Below, piece by piece: positions 1 through 9,507 of a stretch of 64,000 nucleotides of DNA. The notes below the pieces were generated by a model. The model saw only the letters and a list, made by a program, of their open reading frames with translations, was not told the origin of the DNA and did no database searches. Both the position numbers and the translations under genes were made by a program. The stretch comes from Candidatus Daviesbacteria bacterium (GTDB lineage: Bacteria > Patescibacteriota > Microgenomatia > Daviesbacterales > UBA10151), in the NCBI GenBank assembly GCA_016432425.1, contig CP066688.1:642619-706618 (forward strand), given 5' to 3'. How positions within the stretch are numbered: the first letter of the stretch is position 1; each line of letters starts with the position of its first letter.

Positions 1-321
1 TTTTGGGGAAATATCAGTGGCTAGAATATTTACGTTGCAACTTTTCAGGTTACAGGCTAAACTAATGGCAATATTACCAGCTCCAGTTCCTAAATCTAGG
101 ATAGTTAATGTAGGAAATCCTTCGTCGCTGTTTCGCTCCTCAGGATGATTGTTCTGCTTCGCGTACGCAATCACCTCATCTACCAATAATTCAGTTTCCG
201 GCCGGGGGATTAAAATGTCTGGGGTGAGCTTAAACTTAAGTTTGTAGAACTCGACATAACCTTTTTGATATTGAATAGGCTTATTCTGATCAATTTTTAA
301 TTTTAAATTTTTAATTTTCAT
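1..321 (-). CDS. prmC: Release factor glutamine methyltransferase PrmC/HemK, 5' part (runs off window)
   Basis: Manual translation from ATG at 321: MKIKNLKLKIDQNKPIQYQKGYVEFY...ILIPRPETELLV...ILDLGTGAGNIAISLA; directly downstream of prfA. Confidence 0.9.
   Translation of the reverse strand, partial: MKIKNLKLKIDQNKPIQYQKGYVEFYKLKFKLTPDILIPRPETELLVDEVIAYAKQNNHPEERNSDEGFPTLTILDLGTGAGNIAISLACNLKSCNVNILATDISPK
116..150. repeat. REP-like palindrome (atcct...aggat) in frame within prmC
   Basis: aatccttcgtcgctgtttcgctcctcaggatgatt; encodes NHPEERNSDEGF between PRPETE and the SAM-binding motif. Confidence 0.55.
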
Positions 322-351
322 TTAAAATTTTAAATTTGAAATTTTAAATTA

Positions 352-1281
352 CTAAGTTAATGCAGAAATTACAGGTTGGAGATTACCTTCAAGTATATTC
401 TCGAGATTATGCCAAGACTTACCAACCCTGTGGTCTGTTACCCTGTTTTGGGGGAAGTTATAAGTCCTGATTTTTTCACTGCGTTCACCTGAGCCAATTT
501 GAGAAGACCGCTGCTGTGTAATACTGCCAATTTTTTTCTCCTGTTCCATCTCCCAAAGTTTAGCTCGAAGGAGTGCCATGGCATTTTCTCTGTTCTGCAG
601 TTGTGACCTTTCTGTTTGACAGGTGACTACAATACCGGTGGGAATGTGTTTTAACCTCACAGCTGTTGAAACTTTATTAACATTTTGTCCTCCTGCTCCA
701 CCAGATCTGAAGGCTTCAAATTCAATCTCAGAAGGGTTAATGGTCACCTGGGCTTCTGTTACTTGGAGTAAAACAGCTACAGTGGCAGTGGAGGTGTGGA
801 TTCTGCCGCCTGATTCTGTGACTGGAACTCGTTGCACCCGGTGGACCCCAGATTCAAATTTTAAATCGCGAAAAGCATCTTTGCCGGTTACTTTTAAAAT
901 AACTTCTTTGATTTGGCCAAGTTTTCCCTCACTGCGGTCTAACTCTTCCACCTGCCAATTTTTAGTTTGGGCAAAACGGGTATACATCCGTAGTAAATCT
1001 CCGGCAAATATTCCTGCCTCATCACCGCCAGCAGCGGAACGGATTTCCAAAATGGCCACATTTTGGTTGACATCTTCCAGGTGTAAGTTGGTTTCAGTGT
1101 CTTCACCTGGAAGGTGGGCCATTGGAGTGGCAGCAGATTCCTCCAGCTCTTTTCTTTGTTTTTCCAGCTCCGCTATTTCTACCTGAGCCAGTTCTGTCAT
1201 TTGCGGATCTTCCAGTATTAAAGCCCGAAGCTCTGAAATTCTGTTATCAATTTCTGCTAATTGTTGTTGAATGTAATCCAT
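352..1281 (-). CDS. prfA: Peptide chain release factor 1
   Basis: GGAGGQ, PVT anticodon-mimic motif ([14 protein letters not shown]), [19 protein letters not shown]. Confidence 0.97.
   Translation of the reverse strand: MDYIQQQLAEIDNRISELRALILEDPQMTELAQVEIAELEKQRKELEESAATPMAHLPGEDTETNLHLEDVNQNVAILEIRSAAGGDEAGIFAGDLLRMYTRFAQTKNWQVEELDRSEGKLGQIKEVILKVTGKDAFRDLKFESGVHRVQRVPVTESGGRIHTSTATVAVLLQVTEAQVTINPSEIEFEAFRSGGAGGQNVNKVSTAVRLKHIPTGIVVTCQTERSQLQNRENAMALLRAKLWEMEQEKKIGSITQQRSSQIGSGERSEKIRTYNFPQNRVTDHRVGKSWHNLENILEGNLQPVISALT
1071..1116. repeat. Inverted REP doublet (RAYT-flank family) inside prfA
   Basis: catcttccaggtg ... cacctggaaggtg, both variants of caccccccaggtg found at the RAYT flanks. 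Confidence 0.65.
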
Positions 1282-1608
1282 CTAGGAAGCAGATTGTTTT
1301 CTGGCTTGCATGAGCAGATCTTTTAATGTAGGACGCTCAGTTTTACGTCTTTCAACCTTGGCAGTCCGGCGGGAGATAATTTCTTGTCTTTGAGTCTGTT
1401 TTTGACGGGAAACTTCAGTGCGTTTTTGAAATCTTTCCACTTGCCCCAAGGTATCAACTAATTTAGCTTGGCCGGTAAAAAGAGGGTGGCAGTTGGAACA
1501 AATATCCGCGCGAATTTCCGGTATTGTGGAACCGGTAGTAAAAGTATTACCACAGGCACAAGTTACCTTTGCCTCTGGGTACCAGTCTGGATGAATGTTA
1601 GTTTTCAT
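1282..1608 (-). CDS. rpmE: 50S ribosomal protein L31 (Zn-binding type, long C-tail)
   Basis: [35 protein letters not shown]. Confidence 0.97.
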   Translation of the reverse strand: MKTNIHPDWYPEAKVTCACGNTFTTGSTIPEIRADICSNCHPLFTGQAKLVDTLGQVERFQKRTEVSRQKQTQRQEIISRRTAKVERRKTERPTLKDLLMQARKQSAS

Positions 1609-1736
1609 ACCTTAAGAATTATATCAAATATAGTTGCTTTTTTAAAGCTTAATACCCAATAAAAGAATATACTCGATTGGGCAATTTTGCTGTTTAACTA
1701 AATTAGCAACTTAAGTTATGTCAAAATTGTCCAAAA

Positions 1737-2672
1737 CTAAACTCTGTGCAGCTTATGATGATGGTAAACCTCTTTGCCCAAAGTACCCAAATACAGTCCG
1801 GCTGCAATTAATACTGCTCCAGTCATAAAATATTTATTAACCGTTTCTCCCAAAATTAAAATAGCCAATATGGCTGCTATTGCGGGCTCAACATATTGAA
1901 AAAGATTAGCCCTGTCTACAGAAGTTTTGGCCAGACCCCATTCAAATAAAAAGTAACCAGAAATGGAAGAAAGCATGGTCATATAAATTAGACCAACAAT
2001 TCCCAAAATGGTGACTTGAGAAGGCCAGAGAGGATTTTTTAAATATTCACTAACTGCCGGTAATAAAAAAGTGGCTGCTCCAATAAAAAAAGCAAAAGCT
2101 GTCACAGACAGCGATGAGTAAACTTTTAACATTCTGCGGGACAAAATCGACCCCACCACCCAAGAAGTAGCAGCCAGTAAAATTAATACATTACCCATTA
2201 AAATTTCTGAATCTAGTTGCCCAAAGATAATTTCCGGCAAGCCAATAATAATTAACGCGCCACTTAAACCTAAGGCAATCCCCAAAAGGTTAATTAAATA
2301 AACTTTTTCTTTTAAAAGAATCCAACTTAGCAGGACTGACAACATGGGGATGACTAAGGTTAAGGTGGAGGCATTAATGGCAGTAGTTTTGGTAATACCG
2401 GCAAAAAAGAAACTAATGTTTAAGGTAATCATCAATACTCCAATCCCCACCAGGGGAGCCAAATCCCGGCGATGAATCCTGGTTTTTTTTGTTTCAGTTA
2501 AGAAAAAGGGGATTAAAAACAGAGCAGCCAGGCCAAAACGCAAAAAAGCCAGTGAGGAAGGAGGAAATTCCTGCAGGGTAATTTTAGCTACTACAAAGTT
2601 TCCTCCCCAGATTAGGTGGGACAAGAGAAGGGCTAAGTAGGGCAGAGGTGATTTAAAAATAGCAGAGGACAT
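1737..2672 (-). CDS. DMT/EamA family transporter
   Basis: About 10 TM helices, IWGGNFVVAK and two EamA-like halves. Confidence 0.9.
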   Translation of the reverse strand: MSSAIFKSPLPYLALLLSHLIWGGNFVVAKITLQEFPPSSLAFLRFGLAALFLIPFFLTETKKTRIHRRDLAPLVGIGVLMITLNISFFFAGITKTTAINASTLTLVIPMLSVLLSWILLKEKVYLINLLGIALGLSGALIIIGLPEIIFGQLDSEILMGNVLILLAATSWVVGSILSRRMLKVYSSLSVTAFAFFIGAATFLLPAVSEYLKNPLWPSQVTILGIVGLIYMTMLSSISGYFLFEWGLAKTSVDRANLFQYVEPAIAAILAILILGETVNKYFMTGAVLIAAGLYLGTLGKEVYHHHKLHRV

Positions 2673-2703
2673 AACTTAAGGATATAAGCAGAGCTTGAAA
2701 TTT

Positions 2704-3618
2704 TCAAGGTGAAAATTTTAGAACTTCCAGAAGGCGATCAAGTCCAAAAGAAAAACCGACTGCAGGAATACTTTTTTTGGAGAAAGTTCCAATTAGGTTA
2801 TCATACCTACCACCGGAACCAATAGTTAAAGAAGTGGGATCGCCATCTGGTTTAGCTTCAAAAATAACTCCGGTGTAATAGTCTAGCCCCCGGGCCAAGG
2901 TGGGGTCAAATTTAAAATCCACATTTTCTGCCAAATTATATTTTTCTTGTAAAAGCTTAAAAATTTGCTCTAAATTAGGAGTGGGTTTTTGAGATTTAAC
3001 TTTTTCCACAACCTCTTGGGCTTGGGTCTGTGCCAACCCTCCAGCCACTAATTCCTGGATGACTCCTTCTTCCCCAATTTTATATAATTTATCTATGGCT
3101 CTGACTACCTCAATAGATAAATCAGCAAAATTGGCTCGGTCATTAATTAGCATCACCGTCTTTTGAAACCCTAATTGTTTTAGGGAATTAATGGCTACAG
3201 CCAAAATTAAGGCATCTTCTTGTGGATCAGCAGATCCCACTGTGTCAAAATCAAATTGGGTAAATTCTCTAAAGCGGCCTTTTTGGGGGTTTTCTCCCCG
3301 GAAAACTTGGCCAATTTGGTATCTTCTAAAAGGTAGAGTTGGGTTATAAGTGGCCACATATCTAGCCAAGGGAACGGTTAGATCGTAGCGTAAGGCCAGT
3401 TTTCTGCCGCCTCGGTCTTCAAATTGATAAATTAATCTTTCCTCCTCGCCGTATTTGCCTTGTAGAGTTTGCGCAAATTCAACAGTGGGGGTTTCAATAG
3501 GTTCAAAGCCATAATTTTCCAAGATGCTGACAATTTGATTAATTGCCGCCCGCCTTTTTTGAGCAATGTTAGGTTTAATATCCCTAAACCCCTTTGGTGT
3601 CAGTGGTGCTATATTCAT
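2704..3618 (-). CDS. hisS: Histidyl-tRNA synthetase catalytic domain only (HisS/HisZ-like, 304 aa)
   Basis: PKGFRD, LRYDLTVPLARY, FRGENPQKGRFREFTQ, RGLDYYTG, GGRYDNL, AVGFSFGLDRL; ends right after motif 3. Confidence 0.85.
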   Translation of the reverse strand: MNIAPLTPKGFRDIKPNIAQKRRAAINQIVSILENYGFEPIETPTVEFAQTLQGKYGEEERLIYQFEDRGGRKLALRYDLTVPLARYVATYNPTLPFRRYQIGQVFRGENPQKGRFREFTQFDFDTVGSADPQEDALILAVAINSLKQLGFQKTVMLINDRANFADLSIEVVRAIDKLYKIGEEGVIQELVAGGLAQTQAQEVVEKVKSQKPTPNLEQIFKLLQEKYNLAENVDFKFDPTLARGLDYYTGVIFEAKPDGDPTSLTIGSGGRYDNLIGTFSKKSIPAVGFSFGLDRLLEVLKFSP

Positions 3619-3735
3619 ATTAATAATCTTATCATAAATTGCTGCTTGACTGCTATCCCATAGCTCATTATCATAAATTAAATAATCCTTAAGATAATCC
3701 GTCCCGCCCTGGCGGGTTTTTTAGAAAAAACGAAA

Positions 3736-4335
3736 ATGCTAGATTCGGAACCTCATACTAGTAGCATAGTTTTGCCTCCTGCTAATGAGAAAGCTGTACT
3801 GACTGCTTCCTCCCTGGCTGATAGAGAAGTAGAAGAGCGGGTTTTGTATCAAATGTTACGTTTTAATCCTCATTTGTTTTGGTATTTAAATAGAGTGGCA
3901 ATGATTATGGGAATTATTTCTGATTCACAAATTTTATCAGCTGATGCCTATTTGCAGGGAGCAGGAAGATATTTTCATGCTTTAACTATTACTGCTGCCA
4001 ATGAAGGTTTAACAATCCCAAGATTGGATGTTGGCCATGCTTTAACCTATGCTAAAGCAGAAGGTACTGTAGAACGCGCGGATAATGGTATTAGATCAAT
4101 ATCTGTTTCAGATTATTTGTACACGATTGCTCCCAAAAGAGAGTTAACTAGGCCTGATTTTTTGGGAAAAGAATTAGAGATGGTTAGAGAATTAGAAAGA
4201 ATGAGACCGGCTTTTATATTAGCTTGCGATGATTACTCTGCTGTAGAAGGTGGTATGCTGGATATCTATGGAATTTTGCAAAACTATTATTTTGCTCAAA
4301 AAGCAGCAGCCATGTTTAACAAAGAGGTAAGATAG
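3736..4335 (+). CDS. Hypothetical protein
   Basis: 199-aa ORF, no recognised motif. Confidence 0.65.
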   Translation: MLDSEPHTSSIVLPPANEKAVLTASSLADREVEERVLYQMLRFNPHLFWYLNRVAMIMGIISDSQILSADAYLQGAGRYFHALTITAANEGLTIPRLDVGHALTYAKAEGTVERADNGIRSISVSDYLYTIAPKRELTRPDFLGKELEMVRELERMRPAFILACDDYSAVEGGMLDIYGILQNYYFAQKAAAMFNKEVR

Positions 4336-4343
4336 TAGAGACT

Positions 4344-5054
4344 ATGGCGCTAACCCATGCAATTATTTTAGCTGGAGGAGAAGGGAAAAGACTGCGTCCT
4401 CATACCGATCGTAAGCCCAAACCCTTGGTAGAGGTAGGGGGTAAACCCATCATGGCTTACCAACTGGATCAGCTAAAGAAGGCAAGGGTTAAAAATTTAG
4501 TCATTGCCTGTAGTTATAAAAAAGAAGTTTTGATTGAATATTTAACTGGTAATGGGTATGGATTTGACCACATTTCTTTTTCAGTGGAGGAGACTCCGCT
4601 GGGGCGTGGCGGGGGTATTAAACAGGCCATGAAGTTTTTGCCGGCTGACTGGGAACAGGTAATCGTGGCTAATGGCGATAACCTGTGGAAATTTAATATT
4701 GAAGCGATGGTGAAAAAACACCAAGAAAGAAATGCCATCGCCACAGTGCTTTTGGTGAAACTGAAAAGCCCCTACGGAATAGTAGAAGTAAATGATCAAG
4801 ATGAGATTGAGACTTTTCAAGAAAAGCCCATTTTGCCCCATTGGCTAAATGCCGGAGTTTACATTTTCTCCCGGGAGATTGAGCCACTTTTGCCTAATAT
4901 TGGCGATCACGAAGATCAAACTTTCCCTAAATTACCCAAGGAGAGGTTTATTGCTTTTAAAAGTGAAGGTTATTGGAAAGCAGTGGATACAGTAAAAGAC
5001 TTGGAAGAAGCGGAAAAAGAAGTTAGGGAGATTTTTTCTTTGTCGATGGGGTAG
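4344..5054 (+). CDS. Sugar-phosphate nucleotidyltransferase (NTP_transferase family)
   Basis: AIILAGGEGKRLRPHTDRKPKPLVEVGG, EETPLGRGG, NGD, FQEKP. Confidence 0.92.
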   Translation: MALTHAIILAGGEGKRLRPHTDRKPKPLVEVGGKPIMAYQLDQLKKARVKNLVIACSYKKEVLIEYLTGNGYGFDHISFSVEETPLGRGGGIKQAMKFLPADWEQVIVANGDNLWKFNIEAMVKKHQERNAIATVLLVKLKSPYGIVEVNDQDEIETFQEKPILPHWLNAGVYIFSREIEPLLPNIGDHEDQTFPKLPKERFIAFKSEGYWKAVDTVKDLEEAEKEVREIFSLSMG

Positions 5055-5808
5055 TTGGTTTTGCTGATTTAGTGGCAGATTCTGCTGAGGGAGTGGCAAT
5101 CTTTTTAGGTTTTAAGAAAGCTGGTTGGGAATAGATATAGACAAAATCAGCTGTCAGAATTTCATTTTTTCCCATCACTCCGGTGACAATCACAAAATTA
5201 TTTTTTGAAAGCTGCGATAAACTTACTGCTTGGCCATCTTTTTCTAAATCAGTTGAACTTACTGCAATAGTCACATTTTTCCCCTCTTTGGTGGTCAGAG
5301 TGACTAACTCATCAGCGATAGAGATAACCTGGCCCCACAGATGAGTTTTAACCTCTGGAGAGGGGGTAGGCCAGAGGATTACTTTTTTGGCAGTTAAAAC
5401 TCCATTTTCATCCACATCCCCTAAAGCTGCTATAAAATCCTCTGCCTGTAAGATTTTGAGGGAGTATTTGCTAATTTTTTTGTTATTACTGCTAAACTCG
5501 CTATCTTGGTTAATGCTAACAATTTTTGCCCCACTGTCAGTCGCTAAAGTTAAAGAAGCTTCCGATTTAAGTGTAACCATACCCACGTAAGCTTTATTTT
5601 GTAAATTTTTATTAACTTCCTGTTTCAACTGGGCTGCCTTAGAAGCAATCTCTTTTTGCAAGGCAGAGAGTTTCTCTTTTAAATTTGCAGAAGTACTGTT
5701 TTCAGCAGCATAAACATGGGATATGGGATAAGAATTAAGTATTAAGGGTAATACAAAAAGCAATAACCCCACAATACATAATACTAGACCCTTTTCCCTA
5801 ATTCTCAT
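5023..5808 (-). CDS. Secreted protein with coiled coil and repeated OB-like (DUF5666-like) domains
   Basis: Signal peptide ending VYA, coiled coil, two similar beta-rich repeats, TPSA-rich tail. Confidence 0.7.
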   Translation of the reverse strand: MRIREKGLVLCIVGLLLFVLPLILNSYPISHVYAAENSTSANLKEKLSALQKEIASKAAQLKQEVNKNLQNKAYVGMVTLKSEASLTLATDSGAKIVSINQDSEFSSNNKKISKYSLKILQAEDFIAALGDVDENGVLTAKKVILWPTPSPEVKTHLWGQVISIADELVTLTTKEGKNVTIAVSSTDLEKDGQAVSLSQLSKNNFVIVTGVMGKNEILTADFVYIYSQPAFLKPKKIATPSAESATKSAKPTTPSTKKKSP

Positions 5809-6236
5809 ATTTGTTCCTTCAAATAAAAAACATTTTTAATGATTGTTTTTTCTTCACCACTGTCCGAAAAAACCGTTACGGAAATTTTATTAGGCCCTTC
5901 ATTTAAAGTTAAAGAAGCGGAAAAACTGCCGCTTGCGGAACTGGTCACTACTTGATCTTGCTCACTAGTACTAATTAATACTTTGAGGTGGGGTAAAGTT
6001 TTGCCGCTTACTAGTAAGTTAGTTTTAAAGACCAATCTATTATCACTAGGATCAGTTACCTCTAAACTCAAAGATTTGGGAGCAGAAGTCACAGGGCCGG
6101 ATAAAAAAGGGGTGGTACTGGATTGATATTGAACATTTAAAACATAATACAACCCACCCACAAAAACTAAGCCTAAAAGGAGTATCAATATCTGGGAAAT
6201 GACAAAAATTTTGGGGGAAAGCGGGCGATCGAGCAT
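5805..6236 (-). CDS. Membrane-anchored Ig-like protein
   Basis: N-terminal TM; SGKT..GSFSASLTLNEGPNKISVTV beta-sandwich pattern. Confidence 0.7.
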   Translation of the reverse strand: MLDRPLSPKIFVISQILILLLGLVFVGGLYYVLNVQYQSSTTPFLSGPVTSAPKSLSLEVTDPSDNRLVFKTNLLVSGKTLPHLKVLISTSEQDQVVTSSASGSFSASLTLNEGPNKISVTVFSDSGEEKTIIKNVFYLKEQI

Positions 6237-6245
6237 AAAAACATT

Positions 6246-6349
6246 TTACCCTGAACATGGTGAATGGGCAAGCTTTGCTTACCCTGAACATGGTGAATGG
6301 GCAAGCTTTGCTTACCCTGAACATGGTGAATGGGCAAGCTTTGCTTACC
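6246..6349 (+). repeat. Three perfect tandem 33-bp units in a divergent intergenic region
   Basis: (ttaccctgaacatggtgaatgggcaagctttgc)x3 + ttacc. Confidence 0.97.
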
Positions 6350-6402
6350 TTGAGATTGAGGGATTGTCACTAATAGAAAATTTTGCTAAGATCGCTTTTG
6401 CC

Positions 6403-7044
6403 ATGGATATCTACTGGGGAGGACAAGCTCTTTTTAAAATTAAAGGCAAAACTGCCACCATAGTGATTGATCCGTTTGATCCAGAAATTGGTTTAAAATT
6501 GCCCAAAGATTTATCCGCTGATGCAGTTTTAGTAACTCACTCCCATCATGACCACAATAATTCTGCTGCAGTTTTAGGTAACCCTTTAGTTTTCGACGGT
6601 CCCGGAGAATATGAGGTAAAAGGAGCCATTATTACCGGGATTAGCTCTTTCCATGACAATGAAAATGGGGCCCAGAGGGGATTAAACACTATTTATCAAC
6701 TGATTATTGATGATGTTAATATTGTCCATTTAGGGGATTTGGGTCAAAGTATACTTTCGGAGGCTCAAGTTGCCCAAATCGAAACGGCAGATATTTTGTT
6801 GATTCCGGTGGGGGGAGTTTATACTATTTCTGGGAAAATCGCCTCTAATATTGTCTCCCAACTGGAGCCCAAAATTATTATCCCCATGCATTACAAAGTA
6901 GAAGGTTTAAAGTTTGAGTTGGAGGGGGTAGAGAATTTCTTGAAAGAAATGGGAGCAGAAAATGTAATCCCACAACCAAAACTGACTATTACCAAAGATA
7001 AACTACCTGATGAGCCCCAGGTGGTGGTACTAAGTAAAAGTTAA
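6403..7044 (+). CDS. Metallo-beta-lactamase-fold hydrolase
   Basis: MDIYWGG..IDPF..THSHHDH..HLGDLG..IPMHY; start moved to ATG 6403 because the upstream ORF extension is only the repeat array. Confidence 0.9.
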   Translation: MDIYWGGQALFKIKGKTATIVIDPFDPEIGLKLPKDLSADAVLVTHSHHDHNNSAAVLGNPLVFDGPGEYEVKGAIITGISSFHDNENGAQRGLNTIYQLIIDDVNIVHLGDLGQSILSEAQVAQIETADILLIPVGGVYTISGKIASNIVSQLEPKIIIPMHYKVEGLKFELEGVENFLKEMGAENVIPQPKLTITKDKLPDEPQVVVLSKS

Positions 7045-7053
7045 GAGTTTTCC

Positions 7054-8421
7054 ATGGCCCAATCAATAACGAAGATCCCTCCACAAAATATAGAAGCAGA
7101 GCAATCCCTTCTGGGAGCGCTCTTAATTGATAAAGATGCCATTATCAAGGTAGCAGAGATACTTACTCCTGCCGATTTTTATCGCAGTGAACAACATGGT
7201 TCCATTTTTGCTGCCATCAAGCAGTTGTTTGATCTTCGCCAGCCAATTGATTTAATTACCGTTACCGAGCAGCTGAAAAAAAATAACACTTTTGACAAAG
7301 CCGGAGGCAGCAGCTATTTGTCAACTTTAATCAATATGGTGCCGACCAGTGCTCATATTGAACAATACGCCAAAATTATTAAGGAGCACTCAATCAGGCG
7401 CAGTTTAATTTCTCAGGCCACCAGATTAATTGAACAATCATTTGCAGAAGGTGGGCCAGTAGAGGAGCTTCTGGAAGCAGCTGAGGCAGGCATTTTTTCC
7501 TTGTCCCAGGATAATGTCAAGCGGGATTTTCGGCCTATTAAAGATGCCCTGGCGGAGAGCTTTGACCGTTTGGATGAACTGCAAAAAAACTCCGGTAAAT
7601 TGCGGGGGGTTCCCACCGGTTTCCGCGATTTGGACTCTCGTTTGGCAGGGATGCAAGATTCTAATTTAATTATTTTAGCTTCCCGTCCCGGTCAGGGAAA
7701 AACCTCTTTTGCCCTCAATATTGCCCAATATGTAGCGGTTACTGCCAAGTTGCCAGTGGGCATTTTTTCCTTGGAAATGAGCCAGGAAGAGTTGGTTGAC
7801 CGTTTGCTGGTGGGCCAGGCGGATATTGATGCCTGGAAACTAAAAACCGGCCGGTTAGATGACCGGGATTATGAACGTTTGTCTTTGGCCATGGGGGAGT
7901 TGGCTGAAGCACCGCTTTATATTGATGATACTCCGGGAATTTCCATCTCTGAAATACGGACTAAAGCCCGTCGGCTGCAAATTGAAAATGGCCTAAAGTT
8001 GTTGATTGTGGATTACTTGCAGCTAATTCAAGGGAGAAATTTGGATAATCGGGTCCAGATTGTTTCGGAAATTTCCCAACAGTTAAAAAATATTGCCCGG
8101 GAACTAAAAGTTCCGGTCTTGGCCATTTCCCAGCTTAACCGTTCAGTGGAGGCCAGGGGAACCAGAAAACCACAGTTGGCGGACTTAAGAGAGTCAGGGG
8201 CCATTGAACAAGATGCCGATGTAGTCATGTTTATTTACCGGGATGACCTGGAGAAGCCGGAAGATGTGACTTTGGATATTCAAAAACACCGGAATGGGGC
8301 TACTGGGGAAATTCAGCTTAAGTTTAGGGCAGACCGGACTAAATTTTATGGGATGGAACGCCAAAGAGGCCGTCCACCAGCGCCTAAAGAAGAAGACGAA
8401 AAATCCACTGCCGCAGCTTAA
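7054..8421 (+). CDS. dnaB: Replicative DNA helicase
   Basis: PPQNIEAEQSLLG, ASRPGQGKT, FSLEMS, VDYLQL, DLRESGAIEQDAD. Confidence 0.98.
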   Translation: MAQSITKIPPQNIEAEQSLLGALLIDKDAIIKVAEILTPADFYRSEQHGSIFAAIKQLFDLRQPIDLITVTEQLKKNNTFDKAGGSSYLSTLINMVPTSAHIEQYAKIIKEHSIRRSLISQATRLIEQSFAEGGPVEELLEAAEAGIFSLSQDNVKRDFRPIKDALAESFDRLDELQKNSGKLRGVPTGFRDLDSRLAGMQDSNLIILASRPGQGKTSFALNIAQYVAVTAKLPVGIFSLEMSQEELVDRLLVGQADIDAWKLKTGRLDDRDYERLSLAMGELAEAPLYIDDTPGISISEIRTKARRLQIENGLKLLIVDYLQLIQGRNLDNRVQIVSEISQQLKNIARELKVPVLAISQLNRSVEARGTRKPQLADLRESGAIEQDADVVMFIYRDDLEKPEDVTLDIQKHRNGATGEIQLKFRADRTKFYGMERQRGRPPAPKEEDEKSTAAA

Positions 8422-8455
8422 ATTTTTTCGTAAGTGCCTAAAGGTTTAATTTTTG

Positions 8456-8538
8456 TGGCCAGGGAGGGAGTCGAACCCTCACAGCCTTGCGACTAGTAGT
8501 TTTTGAGACTACCGCGTATACCATTCCGCCACCTGGCC
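8456..8538 (-). tRNA. tRNA-Leu(CAA), no encoded CCA
   Basis: Reverse complement folds: GGCCAGG/CCTGGCC acceptor, anticodon arm GTAGT-CTCAAAA-ACTAC, long variable arm, GAGGG-TTCGACT-CCCTC T arm. Confidence 0.95.
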
Positions 8539-8592
8539 AAGCAACAAGAATTATATCAAGTTTGTCTGGGAGTTTAAACTAAAAGAAGAAAA

Positions 8593-8901
8593 TTATATTT
8601 TAGGTTCTATTAACCAAGATAACATTTGGATATGAGGATTTATGGGATGAGGATTATTGGTTGAAGGTTCCCCTAAAACTTGGCTAAAATCCCTGATTAA
8701 TCCCTCTCTACCTTTTTGGTCTCCAGAGACAGATAAAGACCAAAAAACAATACGACCTTTATCAGTATCCAAAGACGCTTTAGTGAGCATAAAAGTAGCA
8801 CCGTTTTCAACTCCTTCAAAGATCTCATGATCTTCCGGAATTTTATAAGGTGGAATTTCTGGTAAGGAAGTAATTCCTTTGACAATTTGATCTTGCTCCA
8901 T
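8593..8901 (-). CDS. Hypothetical protein
   Basis: 102-aa ORF filling the tRNA-efp gap. Confidence 0.6.
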   Translation of the reverse strand: MEQDQIVKGITSLPEIPPYKIPEDHEIFEGVENGATFMLTKASLDTDKGRIVFWSLSVSGDQKGREGLIRDFSQVLGEPSTNNPHPINPHIQMLSWLIEPKI

Positions 8902-8940
8902 AGCCTGTATTTTAACATAGAATATGATAAAATTCTTGCC

Positions 8941-9507
8941 ATGGCATTAAATGTAAATGATTTAAGAAATGGCACCTTTTTTAAGGAAGGATCCAATATT
9001 TTTTTGGTTTTAACCTATGAGCACATCAAAACTGGTCGGGGATCCGGCAATATTAAACTAAAAGTCAGAAACGTCAGGAGTGGGGCCGTGGTGGAGAAAT
9101 CTTTTATTACCGGAGCTCGGGTGGAGGATGCTGCGGTAGAAAAGAAAAAGACTCAGTTTTTGTATAAAGATGGGGACTCCTTTAACTTTATGGATCCTAG
9201 TTCCTTTGAACAATTTTCCTTAAGCGATAATATTTTAGGGGATCAAGCTAAATATTTAAAAGACGGATTAGATGTTATCCTAATTGTAGGAGAGGGGGAG
9301 GCCTTGGGTATGGAGTTACCCTTAAGCCTAGTTTATACCATTGCTGAAACTGGCCCGGGAGAGCGTGGTAATACCGTTTCCAATGTTTACAAAGAGGCAA
9401 CCTTAGATAATGGTTTATCAGTTAAGGTTCCCATGTTTATAAAAGTAGGAGAAAAAGTAAAAATTGACACCCGTACCGGAGAGTATGTAGAGCGGGTTAA
9501 GAATTAA
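8941..9507 (+). CDS. efp: Elongation factor P
   Basis: HIKTGRGSG loop, QFLYKDG, VKVPMFIKVGEKVKIDTRTGEYVER; start at ATG 8941. Confidence 0.96.
   Translation: MALNVNDLRNGTFFKEGSNIFLVLTYEHIKTGRGSGNIKLKVRNVRSGAVVEKSFITGARVEDAAVEKKKTQFLYKDGDSFNFMDPSSFEQFSLSDNILGDQAKYLKDGLDVILIVGEGEALGMELPLSLVYTIAETGPGERGNTVSNVYKEATLDNGLSVKVPMFIKVGEKVKIDTRTGEYVERVKN

Noticed and set aside
292-351. A/T-only tract as a DNA-unwinding element
   Set aside because: It is a degenerate heptamer repeat spanning the prfA-prmC junction and the first prmC codons, with no initiator boxes
623-1186. Long antisense ORFs (for example 623-1186, 28376-28810, 55970-56407)
   Set aside because: They are shadows of well-supported genes on the opposite strand
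6246-6349. Possible CRISPR array
   Set aside because: The units are fully identical with no unique spacers, related arrays have only 10-16 nt inserts that are reused between loci, and there are no cas genes in the window
6199-6402. N-terminal YPEHGEWASFA extensions of the ORFs at 6199, 18375 and 18238
   Set aside because: These are read-through of intergenic repeats; family-typical starts with their own -10 boxes lie downstream (6403, 18195, 18364)
7054-8421. Inteins or introns in dnaB, gyrA or gyrB
   Set aside because: Lengths are normal and no intein or homing-endonuclease motifs were seen
8456-8901. tRNA-Leu as an island integration site
   Set aside because: No adjacent integrase and no duplicated tRNA 3' end was seen
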